64,000 nucleotides of DNA. Source: Candidatus Kapaibacterium sp. (GTDB lineage Bacteria; Bacteroidota; Ignavibacteria; Kapaibacteriales; UBA2268). Below the pieces are notes generated by a model that saw nothing but the letters and a program-made list of their open reading frames with translations, was not told where the DNA came from and ran no database searches. Shown in pieces: positions 1 through 10,058 of this stretch. Position numbers and translations under genes: made by a program. Each line of letters begins with the position of its first letter. Positions within the stretch are counted from its first letter, which is position 1. The stretch spans positions 554 through 64,553 of the forward strand of contig CAXXGR010000003.1 in the NCBI GenBank assembly GCA_963678775.2, read 5' to 3'.

Positions 1-1
1 C

Positions 2-1585
2 GCAAGGTTTCAATCGCTTTACTTCTATTGTCAGGAAAATGCTTTTGACATGATGGATCAGTTTAGAGCAACTGCCGGCCCTGATGCTAATTTGCAGACT
101 TTAGCTCGTGGTGTTAACGTAGTTGGACTTGATTCCCAATCTAGCGATATTATAAATTTGCATGCCAAAATGTTTAGAAAGCACGGCATGACTACTATCA
201 GAAACTTTGACGCTTTGAATGATGTCAATAACCTGATTTATAGTGGTCGCGCTATCACTGACGCTGGTTTGAAACACCAAGTTTGTGTTACTCTTATGGC
301 TTTGCCTCCGGGATGCGAAGGTGCTCACACACCGGAATTTTACGAAAAAACTTTAAGAGATATCTTAGACGCAGAAGTTCCATATGACTCTGTTTGCTTT
401 AAAGATGCCTCAGGTACAGCTACTCCTCATGTTGTGTATGAAACAATAAAACGTGCCAGAAAAATGCTTCCTGAAGGTACTATGATATCTTACCATACAC
501 ATGACACCGCCGGCACTGCCGTTGCTTGTAACATGGCAGCTTTGGATGCAGGTGCGGATTTGCTTGATTTATCCATGAAGCCATGCTCCGGCGGTACTTG
601 CCAGCCTGACATACTTACTATGTGGCATGCTCTTCGTGGCACTGAGTACGAATTGGATGTAGATATTGATAAAGTACTTAAAGCAGAAGATGTGTTCGTT
701 GATTGCATGAAAGATTACTTCTTGCCGCCTGAAGCAACTACTGTTGAGCCATTGATTCCTTGGTCTCCTATGCCTGGCGGTGCGCTTACTGCAAACACTC
801 AGATGATGAGAGATAACAACATAATGGACAGATATCCTGAAGTTATCAAAGCCATGGGAGAAGTAGTCAGGAAAGGTGGTTTCGGTTCGTCTGTTACTCC
901 TGTTTCTCAGTTTTACTTCCAGCAGGCATTTAATAATGTATTTTTTGGTCCATGGAAAAAAATAGCTGATAGCTATGGCAAAATGGTTCTCGGATATTTT
1001 GGTAAAACTCCGGTAGCTCCTGACCTAGAAGTCGTTGGAATAGCCGCTGAGCAGTTGAACTTAGAACCTACTACTGAAAAAGTATTGACTCTTAATGATA
1101 AGGATCCAAATAAAGGAATTGCTCCTGCTAAAAAATCTTTGGAAGAAGCTAATTTGCCTATTACTGACGAGAATATATTTATTGCAGCTACTTGCAAAGA
1201 AAAAGGTATTGCTTTCTTGAAAGGCGAAGCTCCTCTTGGAATTAGAAAGAAAGAAGAGGAAAAACCTAAAACTACCGGTAAACTTTGCGATGTTAACTTA
1301 GAATCTGCAAGAATAGTTCTTACCGTAGGTGGCAAAGATTATTCTATTAATGTCGGTGAGGGTATCATGGAAGGTGCTTTGATTGGAGGAGGCCCTGTTT
1401 ATCAGAGTGATAAACCGATGCCGGTTCCAAATGCTAAACGTAACTTAGTAAGAATTGCAAATTCTGTCAATACAGGAACCAAAACTAAAGCTGCAGGCAA
1501 TGAAAAAGTCAAATCCAAAGCTCAGGAAGATGAAATAGCAGATACAGGAAACGGCGAAGCTCTAACATCCCCTATGCCGGGGTAA
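2..1585 (+). CDS. Oxaloacetate decarboxylase alpha / pyruvate carboxylase subunit B family carboxyltransferase; 5' end lies off-window and the frame breaks at the 3' end
   Basis: The frame is open from base 2, so the M at 50 is not the true start. The translation shows carboxyltransferase-type blocks (RNFDALNDV, YHTHDTAGTAVA, PWSPMPGGALTAN). It ends at ...SPMPG, exactly where a biotinyl domain should begin. Confidence 0.8.
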   Translation, partial: ARFQSLYFYCQENAFDMMDQFRATAGPDANLQTLARGVNVVGLDSQSSDIINLHAKMFRKHGMTTIRNFDALNDVNNLIYSGRAITDAGLKHQVCVTLMALPPGCEGAHTPEFYEKTLRDILDAEVPYDSVCFKDASGTATPHVVYETIKRARKMLPEGTMISYHTHDTAGTAVACNMAALDAGADLLDLSMKPCSGGTCQPDILTMWHALRGTEYELDVDIDKVLKAEDVFVDCMKDYFLPPEATTVEPLIPWSPMPGGALTANTQMMRDNNIMDRYPEVIKAMGEVVRKGGFGSSVTPVSQFYFQQAFNNVFFGPWKKIADSYGKMVLGYFGKTPVAPDLEVVGIAAEQLNLEPTTEKVLTLNDKDPNKGIAPAKKSLEEANLPITDENIFIAATCKEKGIAFLKGEAPLGIRKKEEEKPKTTGKLCDVNLESARIVLTVGGKDYSINVGEGIMEGALIGGGPVYQSDKPMPVPNAKRNLVRIANSVNTGTKTKAAGNEKVKSKAQEDEIADTGNGEALTSPMPG

Positions 1586-1769
1586 AATCTGGAAAGTTCA
1601 TAAAAAAGCTGGTGATAAAGTAGCAAAAGGCGACGTAGTATTAGTTTTAGAAGCCATGAAAATGGAAAATGAAATCAAAGCTCCCAAAGCCGGCACTGTT
1701 ACAGAAGTTCTTGTAAAAGAAGGCGAAGCCGTGGATGGCAATGCAGTGCTTGCAAGAATAGGTGACTAA
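1584..1769 (+). other. Biotinyl (biotin carboxyl carrier) domain lying in the +1 frame relative to the upstream carboxyltransferase ORF
   Basis: Hand translation from 1584 gives KIWKVHKKAGDKVAKGDVVLVLEAMKMENEIKAPKAGTVTEVLVKEGEAVDGNAVLARIGD*. It contains the canonical EAMKM biotinylation motif. This frame is open only from 1566, and its first ATG is inside the AMKM motif. Confidence 0.85.
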
Positions 1770-1805
1770 AAACATAAAAGATATAAATGCGTATATTGAG
1801 AGACG

Positions 1806-1842
1806 AAGCTGCTTACTTGAAAAAGTGAGCAGCTTTAATTTT
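1806..1842 (+). terminator. Rho-independent terminator candidate after the biotinyl domain
   Basis: AAGCTGCTTACTT / AAGTGAGCAGCTT form a 13-bp stem with one G-U pair and a GAAA loop. The stem is followed by TAATTTT. Confidence 0.55.
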
Positions 1843-1893
1843 ACAATGTAGAATCAGATAGTGAGCACCAAATGGATTAATGCAGAGTAAGTT

Positions 1894-3435
1894 CTACTTT
1901 TCCTTTTTAGCAATCTTGCGATTTTTTCTTGTAAAATACCTAATCAGACCTGTTATTGAAACTATTAGTAGTAAGATTCCACTGAGTGGCACTAAAAGTA
2001 TATAGTAACCGCCAATCATAGATTTAAATAATCTGCCGTTATGAAGTTCAAACATATAATTCCAAAGTGGCATGCGATAGTTTTCTGCTATAAACTCAGG
2101 CATTTTATATTTATCAGAATTTATCACTCCAGTGTCATAGGTGGCAATAATTCTGCTCCCATCAGGTAATTTTGCCATACCCGTTACCATGTTTTTTCCG
2201 GGCATAAAAGGGTTTTCTATATTAGCACTTGCCTGAAAAACTAAATCTTTGACTCTACCTGTTTCAATATCACATTCGAATAAGCCTAAAAACGAACCAA
2301 TAATATATTTCCCTTTCTCTTCTTCAAAGACAGTAGCTCCCATTGGGAATATTGAAATGGGAGGCATAGATTGATTAAAACCTGTATTAATATTTCCTGT
2401 GAAGTAGCCATCTTTTGCATCTATTACAAAGATGTCCCTAGTGGAGTCCCAAAATACATTTCTGATTTTATGTTCCCATTTGTTTTCGGATACAATCCCG
2501 GGAAAATACTTTAGTGGGATTTCACCTGTCAAAAGAATTATCAGCGGAGGTCTCATAAATATTCCGGTAGCAGCAATAATTAAAATAGGGAATGAAAAAT
2601 AGAAACCGTATTTAAGATGATTTTTATAATTCCATTTCAAAATTTTAGTTGACTGTTTCCCTTTCTTACGTCTCAACGATTTTGGTTTTAGCCATATATA
2701 CAAACCGCTAACAGACAAAAAAATCAATATTATTCCTGCAAAATCAAAAAACAATTTACCGGGCATGCCCCATGCTTTACCGTCATGTAGCTGAAAGAAG
2801 AAGTCTACCATAGGCATCGTTTTTGATATAGAATTTCGTTTCAAATCAACAGGTAAAATTTGATTTGTTTTAGGTAAAAATCGAAAGGCTTCAGAATTGG
2901 TAAATATATATATACCATCTGATCTACTGATAGATTTTAAGACTGGATTGCTCGTAGGTAATTCTATTTTAGACCACTTATTTAAGTGCAGATTTTTTCT
3001 ATATAATCCGCCATTAGTCGAAGCCAGCAAAACAGTATCAGACGCATTTGCATAGGCAGATAAATGATTAGTTCTTTTTAGTCTGGATGCTTTGGGGTAG
3101 CCCGAAAGGGATATTTCAGAGAAAGTATCACCTTCGTCTTTAGTGATAAATATACCCTGCCTACCATAGAAATACGTGTCGTTTTCTAAAACTAGAGATC
3201 CAATAAGAGTTGAACGATTCCAATCGCGAAGATTATAATGCTCTGGTATAAAATATTGTCCTACGCTATAATCTTCAATTATTTCAGGATGATTTAGGAA
3301 AATTCCACTCAGAGACATCCAGATTACTATTATGCTTATTATTATGCCAATCCATTTGTGTAGAGGTTTCATTTTATTTGCCCAATCTCTAATCAGATAA
3401 AAAAGTCTGCTTTGTGTATTGTCGAATATAAGCAA
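1894..3435 (-). CDS. PepSY-associated transmembrane-helix family membrane protein
   Basis: The N-terminus KPLHKWIGIIISIIVIWMSLSGIFLNHP and the C-terminus ELHNGRLF...TM helix match the typical PepSY_TM pattern, with a large periplasmic middle. An alternative start is the ATG at 3372. Confidence 0.55.
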   Translation of the reverse strand: MLIFDNTQSRLFYLIRDWANKMKPLHKWIGIIISIIVIWMSLSGIFLNHPEIIEDYSVGQYFIPEHYNLRDWNRSTLIGSLVLENDTYFYGRQGIFITKDEGDTFSEISLSGYPKASRLKRTNHLSAYANASDTVLLASTNGGLYRKNLHLNKWSKIELPTSNPVLKSISRSDGIYIFTNSEAFRFLPKTNQILPVDLKRNSISKTMPMVDFFFQLHDGKAWGMPGKLFFDFAGIILIFLSVSGLYIWLKPKSLRRKKGKQSTKILKWNYKNHLKYGFYFSFPILIIAATGIFMRPPLIILLTGEIPLKYFPGIVSENKWEHKIRNVFWDSTRDIFVIDAKDGYFTGNINTGFNQSMPPISIFPMGATVFEEEKGKYIIGSFLGLFECDIETGRVKDLVFQASANIENPFMPGKNMVTGMAKLPDGSRIIATYDTGVINSDKYKMPEFIAENYRMPLWNYMFELHNGRLFKSMIGGYYILLVPLSGILLLIVSITGLIRYFTRKNRKIAKKEK

Positions 3436-3530
3436 ATAATATTTAAAAATACTATATTAAAATTATGGATGTGCTAAATCAGGTCATTGGTGAAGAGTCT
3501 GCATTGCCTAATGGCAAATCTTGAATTAAT

Positions 3531-3574
3531 ATAAAAAATCCCTCACTTTAGATTTTTTTCTATACTGAGGGATT
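3531..3574 (-). terminator. trxB terminator
   Basis: AATCCCTCA / TGAGGGATT stem. On the minus strand it is followed by TTTTTTAT. Confidence 0.65.
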
Positions 3575-3599
3575 TTCACAAAATAGACTTACGTTTTTA

Positions 3600-4544
3600 T
3601 TATCTATTTGCCTGCAACCATCTTTCAGCGTCAATTGCTGCTGCACAACCGCTGCCTGCTGCTGTGATTGCCTGACGGTAAACATGATCCTGCACGTCAC
3701 CGCATGCAAATACACCTTCGATATTAGTGTAAGTAGAACCCGGTTTAGTAACTAAATAATTGTTTTCATCCATGTCAAGCATGTCTTTAAATAGCTTGGT
3801 ATTTGGTTCGTGACCAATTGCTATAAATACACCATCGGTATCATGTTCAGTTATTTCGCCTGTTTGAGTATTTTTAAGCTTCACACCTGTAAGCATCTTA
3901 ACTCCATTCTGCTCTTTTCCGGTGAATTCATCTATGGTAGAGTTCAGCATAAAGTTAATTTTTGGATTTGCCTTAGCTCTGTCTATCATCACCTGAGAAG
4001 CTCTAAACTCTTCCCTTCTGTGAACTAAAGTTACAGATGTAGCAAAGTTAGTAAGGTAAGTTGCCTCTTCCATAGCCGTGTCGCCACCACCAACAACGAA
4101 AACTTTCAAACCGCGATAGAAAAATCCATCGCAAGTAGCACATGCTGAAATGCCATGTCCCCAGTATGTTTGCTCAGAAGGAATTTTCAAAGTACGAGCA
4201 GTAGCCCCTGTAGATATGATAACAGCATCAGCTGTGTATTCGGTGTTATTTTCGTCCCATACAGTGAATGGTCTTTTTGAAAAATCAACTTTGTTAATAG
4301 TTTTGAATAAAGATTTAGCTCCAAATCTTTGAGCTTGCTTTCTGAAAATATCCATCATTTCAGGGCCTTGTATGCCATTTTCAAAACCGGGATAGTTTTC
4401 AACTTCAGTAGTAATCATCAACTGACCGCCCGGCTGCTGACCTTCAAAAATTACCGTATCCAAATTTGCTCTACTTCCATAAATTGCTGCTGTAAGTCCT
4501 GCAGGTCCTGATCCAATGATAATTAAGTCATGATGTTCAGCCAT
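3600..4544 (-). CDS. trxB: Thioredoxin-disulfide reductase
   Basis: GSGPAG FAD motif, redox-active CATCDG and GGGDTAMEEA NADPH motif. Length is 314 aa. Confidence 0.95.
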   Translation of the reverse strand: MAEHHDLIIIGSGPAGLTAAIYGSRANLDTVIFEGQQPGGQLMITTEVENYPGFENGIQGPEMMDIFRKQAQRFGAKSLFKTINKVDFSKRPFTVWDENNTEYTADAVIISTGATARTLKIPSEQTYWGHGISACATCDGFFYRGLKVFVVGGGDTAMEEATYLTNFATSVTLVHRREEFRASQVMIDRAKANPKINFMLNSTIDEFTGKEQNGVKMLTGVKLKNTQTGEITEHDTDGVFIAIGHEPNTKLFKDMLDMDENNYLVTKPGSTYTNIEGVFACGDVQDHVYRQAITAAGSGCAAAIDAERWLQANR

Positions 4545-4856
4545 TTTAGCATTCCTATATTAAGACGTATAAATAAACTTTTGCCAAATTAGAATAAATA
4601 AATATTAAAAGCAAATACATTGCTAACAAGCAATATAAACGTTCTGTATTTTTAAATATTGCCGAATGAAGTGTGGTATTATTTGCTGTAAAAAGTAAAA
4701 TATTTGCAAATAATTATATACAAATCAGCAAGGAAATTGACTCCTAAAGGCTCTATGGGATGATAAAACTATCTATATTTAACAAAACTTTCCTTCTATA
4801 TTTTGAATTACAGTATTTTATTCTTACTTTACTGCCAAAAAAAAGGATTATGAAAT

Positions 4857-5603
4857 ATGGCTATTGGCATTATTCCTGCCCGATTTGCTTCAACGAGATT
4901 GCCGGGCAAGCCCCTTGTAGAGATTTGTGGCAAATATCTTATTCAGCATGTATATGAAACTATCTCAAATTCTAAATTATTAGACAGGATTGCCATTGCA
5001 ACGGATGATGACAGAATTGCAGAAGTTGCAACACAATTTGGTGCTGAAGTGATAATGACTGACTCCAATCTGCCAACAGGTACTGACAGAATATATCAGG
5101 CATATCAGAAAATGGGGATTGAAGATGAGATTATAGTAAATATTCAAGGTGATGAGCCTCTCTTCACAGGCAATCTTGCTGACGAGCTTATTACTCAACT
5201 AAGAGATAGTAAAGCAGACGTTGCTACAATGTTCAAAAAGATTACAACAGTAGAAGATTTATTCAATCCTTCTAATGTGAAAGTGGTGGTTGGAGCTAAT
5301 GGTTTTGCACTCTATTTTTCCAGAAATACACTGCCCTTTATTAATAGAATAAAACCGGTGGAATGGATACATCATCATGACTTTTATAAACATGTTGGTG
5401 TATATGCATACAAGGCATCAGCTCTCAAGCGATTTGTTGAGTTGCCGGTTTCTAAATTGGAATCACTTGAGCAATTAGAGCAGCTTCGCTTGATGGAAGA
5501 CGGTGCAAAATATCTTTGCTTGGAGACTGATGCGGAGCTCATAGGAGTAGACACTCCGGCAGATGTAGAAAGAGTAGAGAAGATATTGATAAAAAGAAAT
5601 TAG
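4857..5603 (+). CDS. kdsB: 3-deoxy-manno-octulosonate cytidylyltransferase (CMP-KDO synthetase)
   Basis: N-terminal IIPARFASTRLPGKPL and NIQGDEPL motifs. Length is 248 aa. Confidence 0.9.
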   Translation: MAIGIIPARFASTRLPGKPLVEICGKYLIQHVYETISNSKLLDRIAIATDDDRIAEVATQFGAEVIMTDSNLPTGTDRIYQAYQKMGIEDEIIVNIQGDEPLFTGNLADELITQLRDSKADVATMFKKITTVEDLFNPSNVKVVVGANGFALYFSRNTLPFINRIKPVEWIHHHDFYKHVGVYAYKASALKRFVELPVSKLESLEQLEQLRLMEDGAKYLCLETDAELIGVDTPADVERVEKILIKRN

Positions 5604-5631
5604 ATTAAGCAAATATATTTTTAAAAAAAAT

Positions 5632-5665
5632 GAGACGCAATCCTTAAATTTGTGTCTCTTTTTTT
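5632..5665 (+). terminator. kdsB terminator
   Basis: GAGACGCA / TGTGTCTC stem followed by a run of seven T. Confidence 0.65.
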
Positions 5666-5696
5666 ATAATGACTTAACATTTAAGCTTGGTGATTT

Positions 5697-8600
5697 ATGA
5701 AATGGTTTATTATACTTTTTATATTTAGTTTCCCTCTTTTTTCTTTCGCTCAGAATATCGTTATTAACGAAGTCTCTTCTATTAATAGTAGTGCTTGGAT
5801 AGATGAAGATTATGATTCTCCAGACTGGATAGAGCTAAAAAATATAGGACAGAGCCCTATCAATCTAAATGAATATAGAATCTCTGATAAAGATGATGCT
5901 GCTAAAGCTTGGGTATTGCCTGATACTACTTTAAACCCTAATGATATTATTCTTATTTCAGCCTCAGACAAATCATATAATTCTTCCGGTAAATATGTGA
6001 TTGAAGCAGATGGCAGCGGTATAGTTCCGACGCATGATGAAGATGGCTTCGCTTATCTTTATATGCCATTTGCAGGCGATTTTGTAGCTGAGTTTGATTT
6101 TTCATCTATGCGTAACACCGGAACTTTCGGTGCTGCGGGAATTACTTTCAAAGAAGAATTGACAGATGAGGCCAAATTTTTTGGTGTCTATAATCTTAGA
6201 CAGGATCGCACTACTTATGGTTTGATGCGTAGAACTGAGTTAGAAAAGGAGACTGAAATTGACTATTCTTACCACCATAATGTATACCCTTGGGGACTTA
6301 TCAGACTTGAAAGAAAGGGCGGAACTATAATTGCCTATGACAAAGAAAATGGTTTCGAATGGCGAGAATTTGCAAGGTTTGATGGAGCATTTAAACAAAA
6401 TGGCTATCTGGGCTTAGGTTTCTCCTCTGCCAAATTAGAGAAACAAGGGAAGTTTACTTTTTCTTCTTTCAAAGTCAATGGAGAAGAGATTGATATTGAG
6501 TCATTAGATTTAATAGATATAAAGCTTGTGAAAGCCTCTAAGCTATATAAATCTAATGAAGTACACACAGACTTCAAACTTTCGCGCAGTGGCGAAACGC
6601 TTACACTTTGGAATGCAGCAGGAGATGTGGAAGACCAACTAACAGTTCCTGCACAAAACGTAGACATTTCTTATGCTCGGGTCGAAAACGGAGAAATGAA
6701 GCTGTCTTACCCATCTACGCCCAATGCTGAAAATGACAATTTTTATGTAGGCAGATGCGAGATTCCTACTCTCAAGACAAATGGTGGATTCTTTGAACAC
6801 TCTGCCGTTGTATCATTCAATTCCAAATCAGGTGAAACCATCCGTTATACTTTGGACGGTAGCGAGCCAACAGATAAATCTATAACTTATGCAATCCCTC
6901 TTGAAATTAAAAAAACTAGCGTACTGAGAGCAAAAGCCTTTGCTGATAATAAATTACCAAGCAAGACACTTACTCGAACTTTCTTTATAGGAGTAGATAA
7001 TTCACTGCCATTTATCTCTATGGCAACAGATTCTCTAAATCTATGGGATGAAGATACAGGTCTTTTTATAGATAAAAATCTTTACTGGCCCAATGATAAG
7101 CTTGGGCATTTTGAAATATGGAATAAAGAAGACGAGTTAGAAATGTACTCAGATGGTACTATGAGATTGCACGGACAGAAGTCGAGAAGATTTGAACAGA
7201 AATCTATTCGCTTTCATGCAAATTCAATCTCAGACAGTACTGAATTTACACATCCATTCTTTGGGAATGAATCATACAAATCCTACAACAAGATTTTATT
7301 TAGAAATGGTGGGACAGGGTGGAGCTCTGCAATAATTACAGATGCTTATGCTTGTACTTTGCTTAAAGATATGCCTTCGGTGATAGTTGGTAATTCCAGA
7401 GCGGGAGTTTCTTATCTGAACGGCAAATTTTATGGTATAGTCAATATCAGAGAAAAAGTAGATGAGGACTTAATAGCAGAAAAGTACAATATTTCATCTG
7501 AATCTATAAACTTTATAGAAGATGAGTTTGTTGCCGGCAATGGTTCTGCAGGTGATTTCTATAATGATTACATGAAAATAATGTCCATGGATATGAATAC
7601 AGATGAAGCATATAAATATGTTGCTGATAACATAGAATTGGATAATCTTTATGATTATTTAGCTTCTCAAATCTTTATTTGCAATATTGATTGGCCATGG
7701 AAAAATGTAAAATACTGGATGAGTGAGGAGTTAGACGGCAAATGGAGATTTGTTCCGCATGACATGGATTATTCTTTTGGCTGCTCTGCAGCATTTTGGG
7801 AATATGACATCTTCCCTTTGATTCAAGAAGATAAAACTTACCCTAATTTTATTAGAAAGCTTTGGGAAAACAGGCAACTAAAAGAAGAAACTATCAATCG
7901 CATTTGTGACTTGATGAATTCAAGATTTTTACCTGAAAACACCAGGCCTATACTGGAAATAATGGAAGAAGAAGTGGAGCCATATATTCAGTTACAGAAG
8001 GATACTTATGCAGAATCAGCTGAAGATTGGCATTACTCAATGGATAAAATGCGTGCCTTTGCAGATCGTAGAGCATTTAGACTTAAAGAGCACATGACAA
8101 AATATTTTAACTGTGGCGACTCCGCTTTGGTTCATCTGGATTTGAATAACAAAGAAGCCGGCTATGTCAGAGTAAATTCTCTTACTCTAAAGTCTTTCCC
8201 TTGGTCAGGTTTTTATTTTACAGATGTGCCTATTACAATAGAAGCAGTGGCATATCCCGGTCATAAATTTCTTAAATGGTCAGATGATAAATATGGAACT
8301 AATCCTAAAATAACTTTTAAACCGGATGAGATATTAAATTTAATAGCAATATTTGATAAATCTGAGGAAGCTCTTCAGATTGTTATAAATGAAATAATGT
8401 ACAAAGCTTCTGATGACCACGACACTGGTGACTGGATAGAACTATACAATCCAAATACTTCGTCTGTGAATTTATCAAACTGGCAACTGACAGATTCTAA
8501 CCCGGATAACATTTTTACATTTGAAAATGGTACGATGATGGCGCCGGAAAGCTATTTAGTAATAGCCAGAAAAGGGGATGATTTCTCTAAATATCATCAT

Positions 8601-9098
8601 GATATAGAGTATTTAGACGATTTGGGTTTTGGTTTAAGTGATGAAGATGCAGTCAAATTATATAATGAAACCGGAGACTTAGTTGATTCCGTAGAGTATA
8701 CTGCCAGTGTTCCATGGCCTACTTCAGCAGACGGAACCGGCTTATCAATAGAACTAATAGATACAAAATATGATAACAGTTTAGGTGAAAACTGGGCAGC
8801 TTCTCTAAATATTAATGGTACACCCGGATCTACAAACTCCGTAGACACCTCTATATCTACTGTAGGATTATCCGCTATTCAAGTTTATCCTAATCCTTCA
8901 AGCGATTACCTATTTATCAGAACTAAAATGGAAAACTTTGGATATAAAATATACTCTATGCAGGGAGAGCTGATAGCCCAAGACAAATCGCATTATTTAG
9001 AAATAATAGATTGTCATGATTTGCCTGTAGGTACATATTATATTGAGGTTATGAGTGATAATGAAAGTCTAAGTCTGCCTTTTGTTGTTATTAGATAA
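5697..9098 (+). CDS. Secreted CotH kinase-like protein flanked by two lamin-tail (LTD) domains, with a T9SS C-terminal sorting domain
   Basis: Signal peptide is present. LTD-like VINEVSS...DWIELKN lies at the N-terminus and VINEIMYKASDDHDTGDWIELYNPN...WQLTD near the C-terminus. A CHB_HEX_C-like segment (IRYTLDGSEPT) is followed by a central CotH-like region (WPWKNVKYW, HDMDYSFG). The end is VYPNPSSDYLFI...IEV, typical of T9SS sorting domains. Confidence 0.7.
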   Translation: MKWFIILFIFSFPLFSFAQNIVINEVSSINSSAWIDEDYDSPDWIELKNIGQSPINLNEYRISDKDDAAKAWVLPDTTLNPNDIILISASDKSYNSSGKYVIEADGSGIVPTHDEDGFAYLYMPFAGDFVAEFDFSSMRNTGTFGAAGITFKEELTDEAKFFGVYNLRQDRTTYGLMRRTELEKETEIDYSYHHNVYPWGLIRLERKGGTIIAYDKENGFEWREFARFDGAFKQNGYLGLGFSSAKLEKQGKFTFSSFKVNGEEIDIESLDLIDIKLVKASKLYKSNEVHTDFKLSRSGETLTLWNAAGDVEDQLTVPAQNVDISYARVENGEMKLSYPSTPNAENDNFYVGRCEIPTLKTNGGFFEHSAVVSFNSKSGETIRYTLDGSEPTDKSITYAIPLEIKKTSVLRAKAFADNKLPSKTLTRTFFIGVDNSLPFISMATDSLNLWDEDTGLFIDKNLYWPNDKLGHFEIWNKEDELEMYSDGTMRLHGQKSRRFEQKSIRFHANSISDSTEFTHPFFGNESYKSYNKILFRNGGTGWSSAIITDAYACTLLKDMPSVIVGNSRAGVSYLNGKFYGIVNIREKVDEDLIAEKYNISSESINFIEDEFVAGNGSAGDFYNDYMKIMSMDMNTDEAYKYVADNIELDNLYDYLASQIFICNIDWPWKNVKYWMSEELDGKWRFVPHDMDYSFGCSAAFWEYDIFPLIQEDKTYPNFIRKLWENRQLKEETINRICDLMNSRFLPENTRPILEIMEEEVEPYIQLQKDTYAESAEDWHYSMDKMRAFADRRAFRLKEHMTKYFNCGDSALVHLDLNNKEAGYVRVNSLTLKSFPWSGFYFTDVPITIEAVAYPGHKFLKWSDDKYGTNPKITFKPDEILNLIAIFDKSEEALQIVINEIMYKASDDHDTGDWIELYNPNTSSVNLSNWQLTDSNPDNIFTFENGTMMAPESYLVIARKGDDFSKYHHDIEYLDDLGFGLSDEDAVKLYNETGDLVDSVEYTASVPWPTSADGTGLSIELIDTKYDNSLGENWAASLNINGTPGSTNSVDTSISTVGLSAIQVYPNPSSDYLFIRTKMENFGYKIYSMQGELIAQDKSHYLEIIDCHDLPVGTYYIEVMSDNESLSLPFVVIR

Positions 9099-9118
9099 AA
9101 ACAATACATACACGCAAG

Positions 9119-9155
9119 AAAAGCTCCTTCTTATAGCTGAAATGAAGGAGCTTTT
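9119..9155 (+). terminator. Terminator candidate after the CotH-like gene
   Basis: 12-bp stem AAAAGCTCCTTC / GAAGGAGCTTTT. The trailing U-tract is weak. Confidence 0.5.
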
Positions 9156-9245
9156 GTGCGTTTAGAAGCGAAATCTAAAAAATTTTATCTGGACTTTCTA
9201 AAATTTTCTTCGTAATGTTACTTATCTGTCAATAAAATCTTAAAT

Positions 9246-10058
9246 TTGCATACAGGAAAAAAACAGGATATAAATCTAATGCTTAATCTTTTAGCCCGAT
9301 TAGGGCGAACAGTAATAAATTTCTTCGCAGAGATTGGTCAGCTTACCATTCTGTCTGTCAGAGTAGCAAGGTACTTTCCTAATGCAATTAAAGATAGGAA
9401 ATTAGTGCTGTCTCAAATGGGGATAGTAGGCTCTGACTCGCTTCCGTTAGTTATTCTAATTGGATCATTTACAGGTGCTATTGCGGCACTCCAAGCGACT
9501 AATCTGTTCTCAAAATTCAATATGGTTGGGATAGCTAAACCATTTATGGGTTCGTCTATAGCGACTGTTGTTTTTACAGAACTCACTCCGGTGCTTACTG
9601 CACTTGTTATCGCAGGCAGAGTTGGTGGTTCAATGGCTGCACAGTTAGGAACGATGAACGTAACAGAGCAAATAGATGCTTTAGAGATGATGGCTATAGA
9701 TAAAAACCGCTATTTAGCTATGCCAAGAGCAGTAGCCTCACTTATAATGATGCCGGTTCTGGCTGTGTTTTCTAATGTAGTAGCATTGCTTGGCGGTTAC
9801 TTGCTTACTATGATTAAATTCTCCTTTACTTCCGAAGTGTTCTTTGAGTCAGTAGTAAGATTTTTTGACTTGAGTGAAATAGGTTTGGGCTTGTTCAAAT
9901 CATTAGTTTTTGGCGGAGTTACAGCCCTTATTGGGGTTCATGTAGGCTTTTCGACTACAGGCGGTGCAGAGGGAGTTGGGAACAGTACTGTGCGTGCTTT
10001 CACTCTGACAGCTGCCTCTATTTTGATATTAGATGCAGTATTTGGTTATGTGATGTAG
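9246..10058 (+). CDS. mlaE: MlaE/YrbE-family ABC transporter permease
   Basis: About 260-aa polytopic protein with blocks typical of MlaE (EIGQLTILSVR, TGAIAALQA, GRVGGSMAAQLGTMNVTEQIDALEMM). The listed start is TTG; the ATG at about 9279 is a plausible alternative. Confidence 0.8.
   Translation: MHTGKKQDINLMLNLLARLGRTVINFFAEIGQLTILSVRVARYFPNAIKDRKLVLSQMGIVGSDSLPLVILIGSFTGAIAALQATNLFSKFNMVGIAKPFMGSSIATVVFTELTPVLTALVIAGRVGGSMAAQLGTMNVTEQIDALEMMAIDKNRYLAMPRAVASLIMMPVLAVFSNVVALLGGYLLTMIKFSFTSEVFFESVVRFFDLSEIGLGLFKSLVFGGVTALIGVHVGFSTTGGAEGVGNSTVRAFTLTAASILILDAVFGYVM

Noticed and set aside
973-1335. 120-aa minus-strand ORF inside the carboxyltransferase gene. Similar antisense ORFs occur at 101-328, 22879-23289, 33599-33901, 35376-35738, 38549-38857 and 61154-61501.
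   Set aside because: Each lies entirely antisense to a well-supported conserved CDS. They have low-complexity or Ser/Leu-rich composition and no recognisable motifs, as expected for shadow ORFs in AT-rich DNA.
4760-4957. 65-aa ORF overlapping the kdsB start.
   Set aside because: It is out of frame with the strongly supported kdsB N-terminus (IIPARFASTRLPGKPL) and is composed mostly of AT-rich leader sequence.
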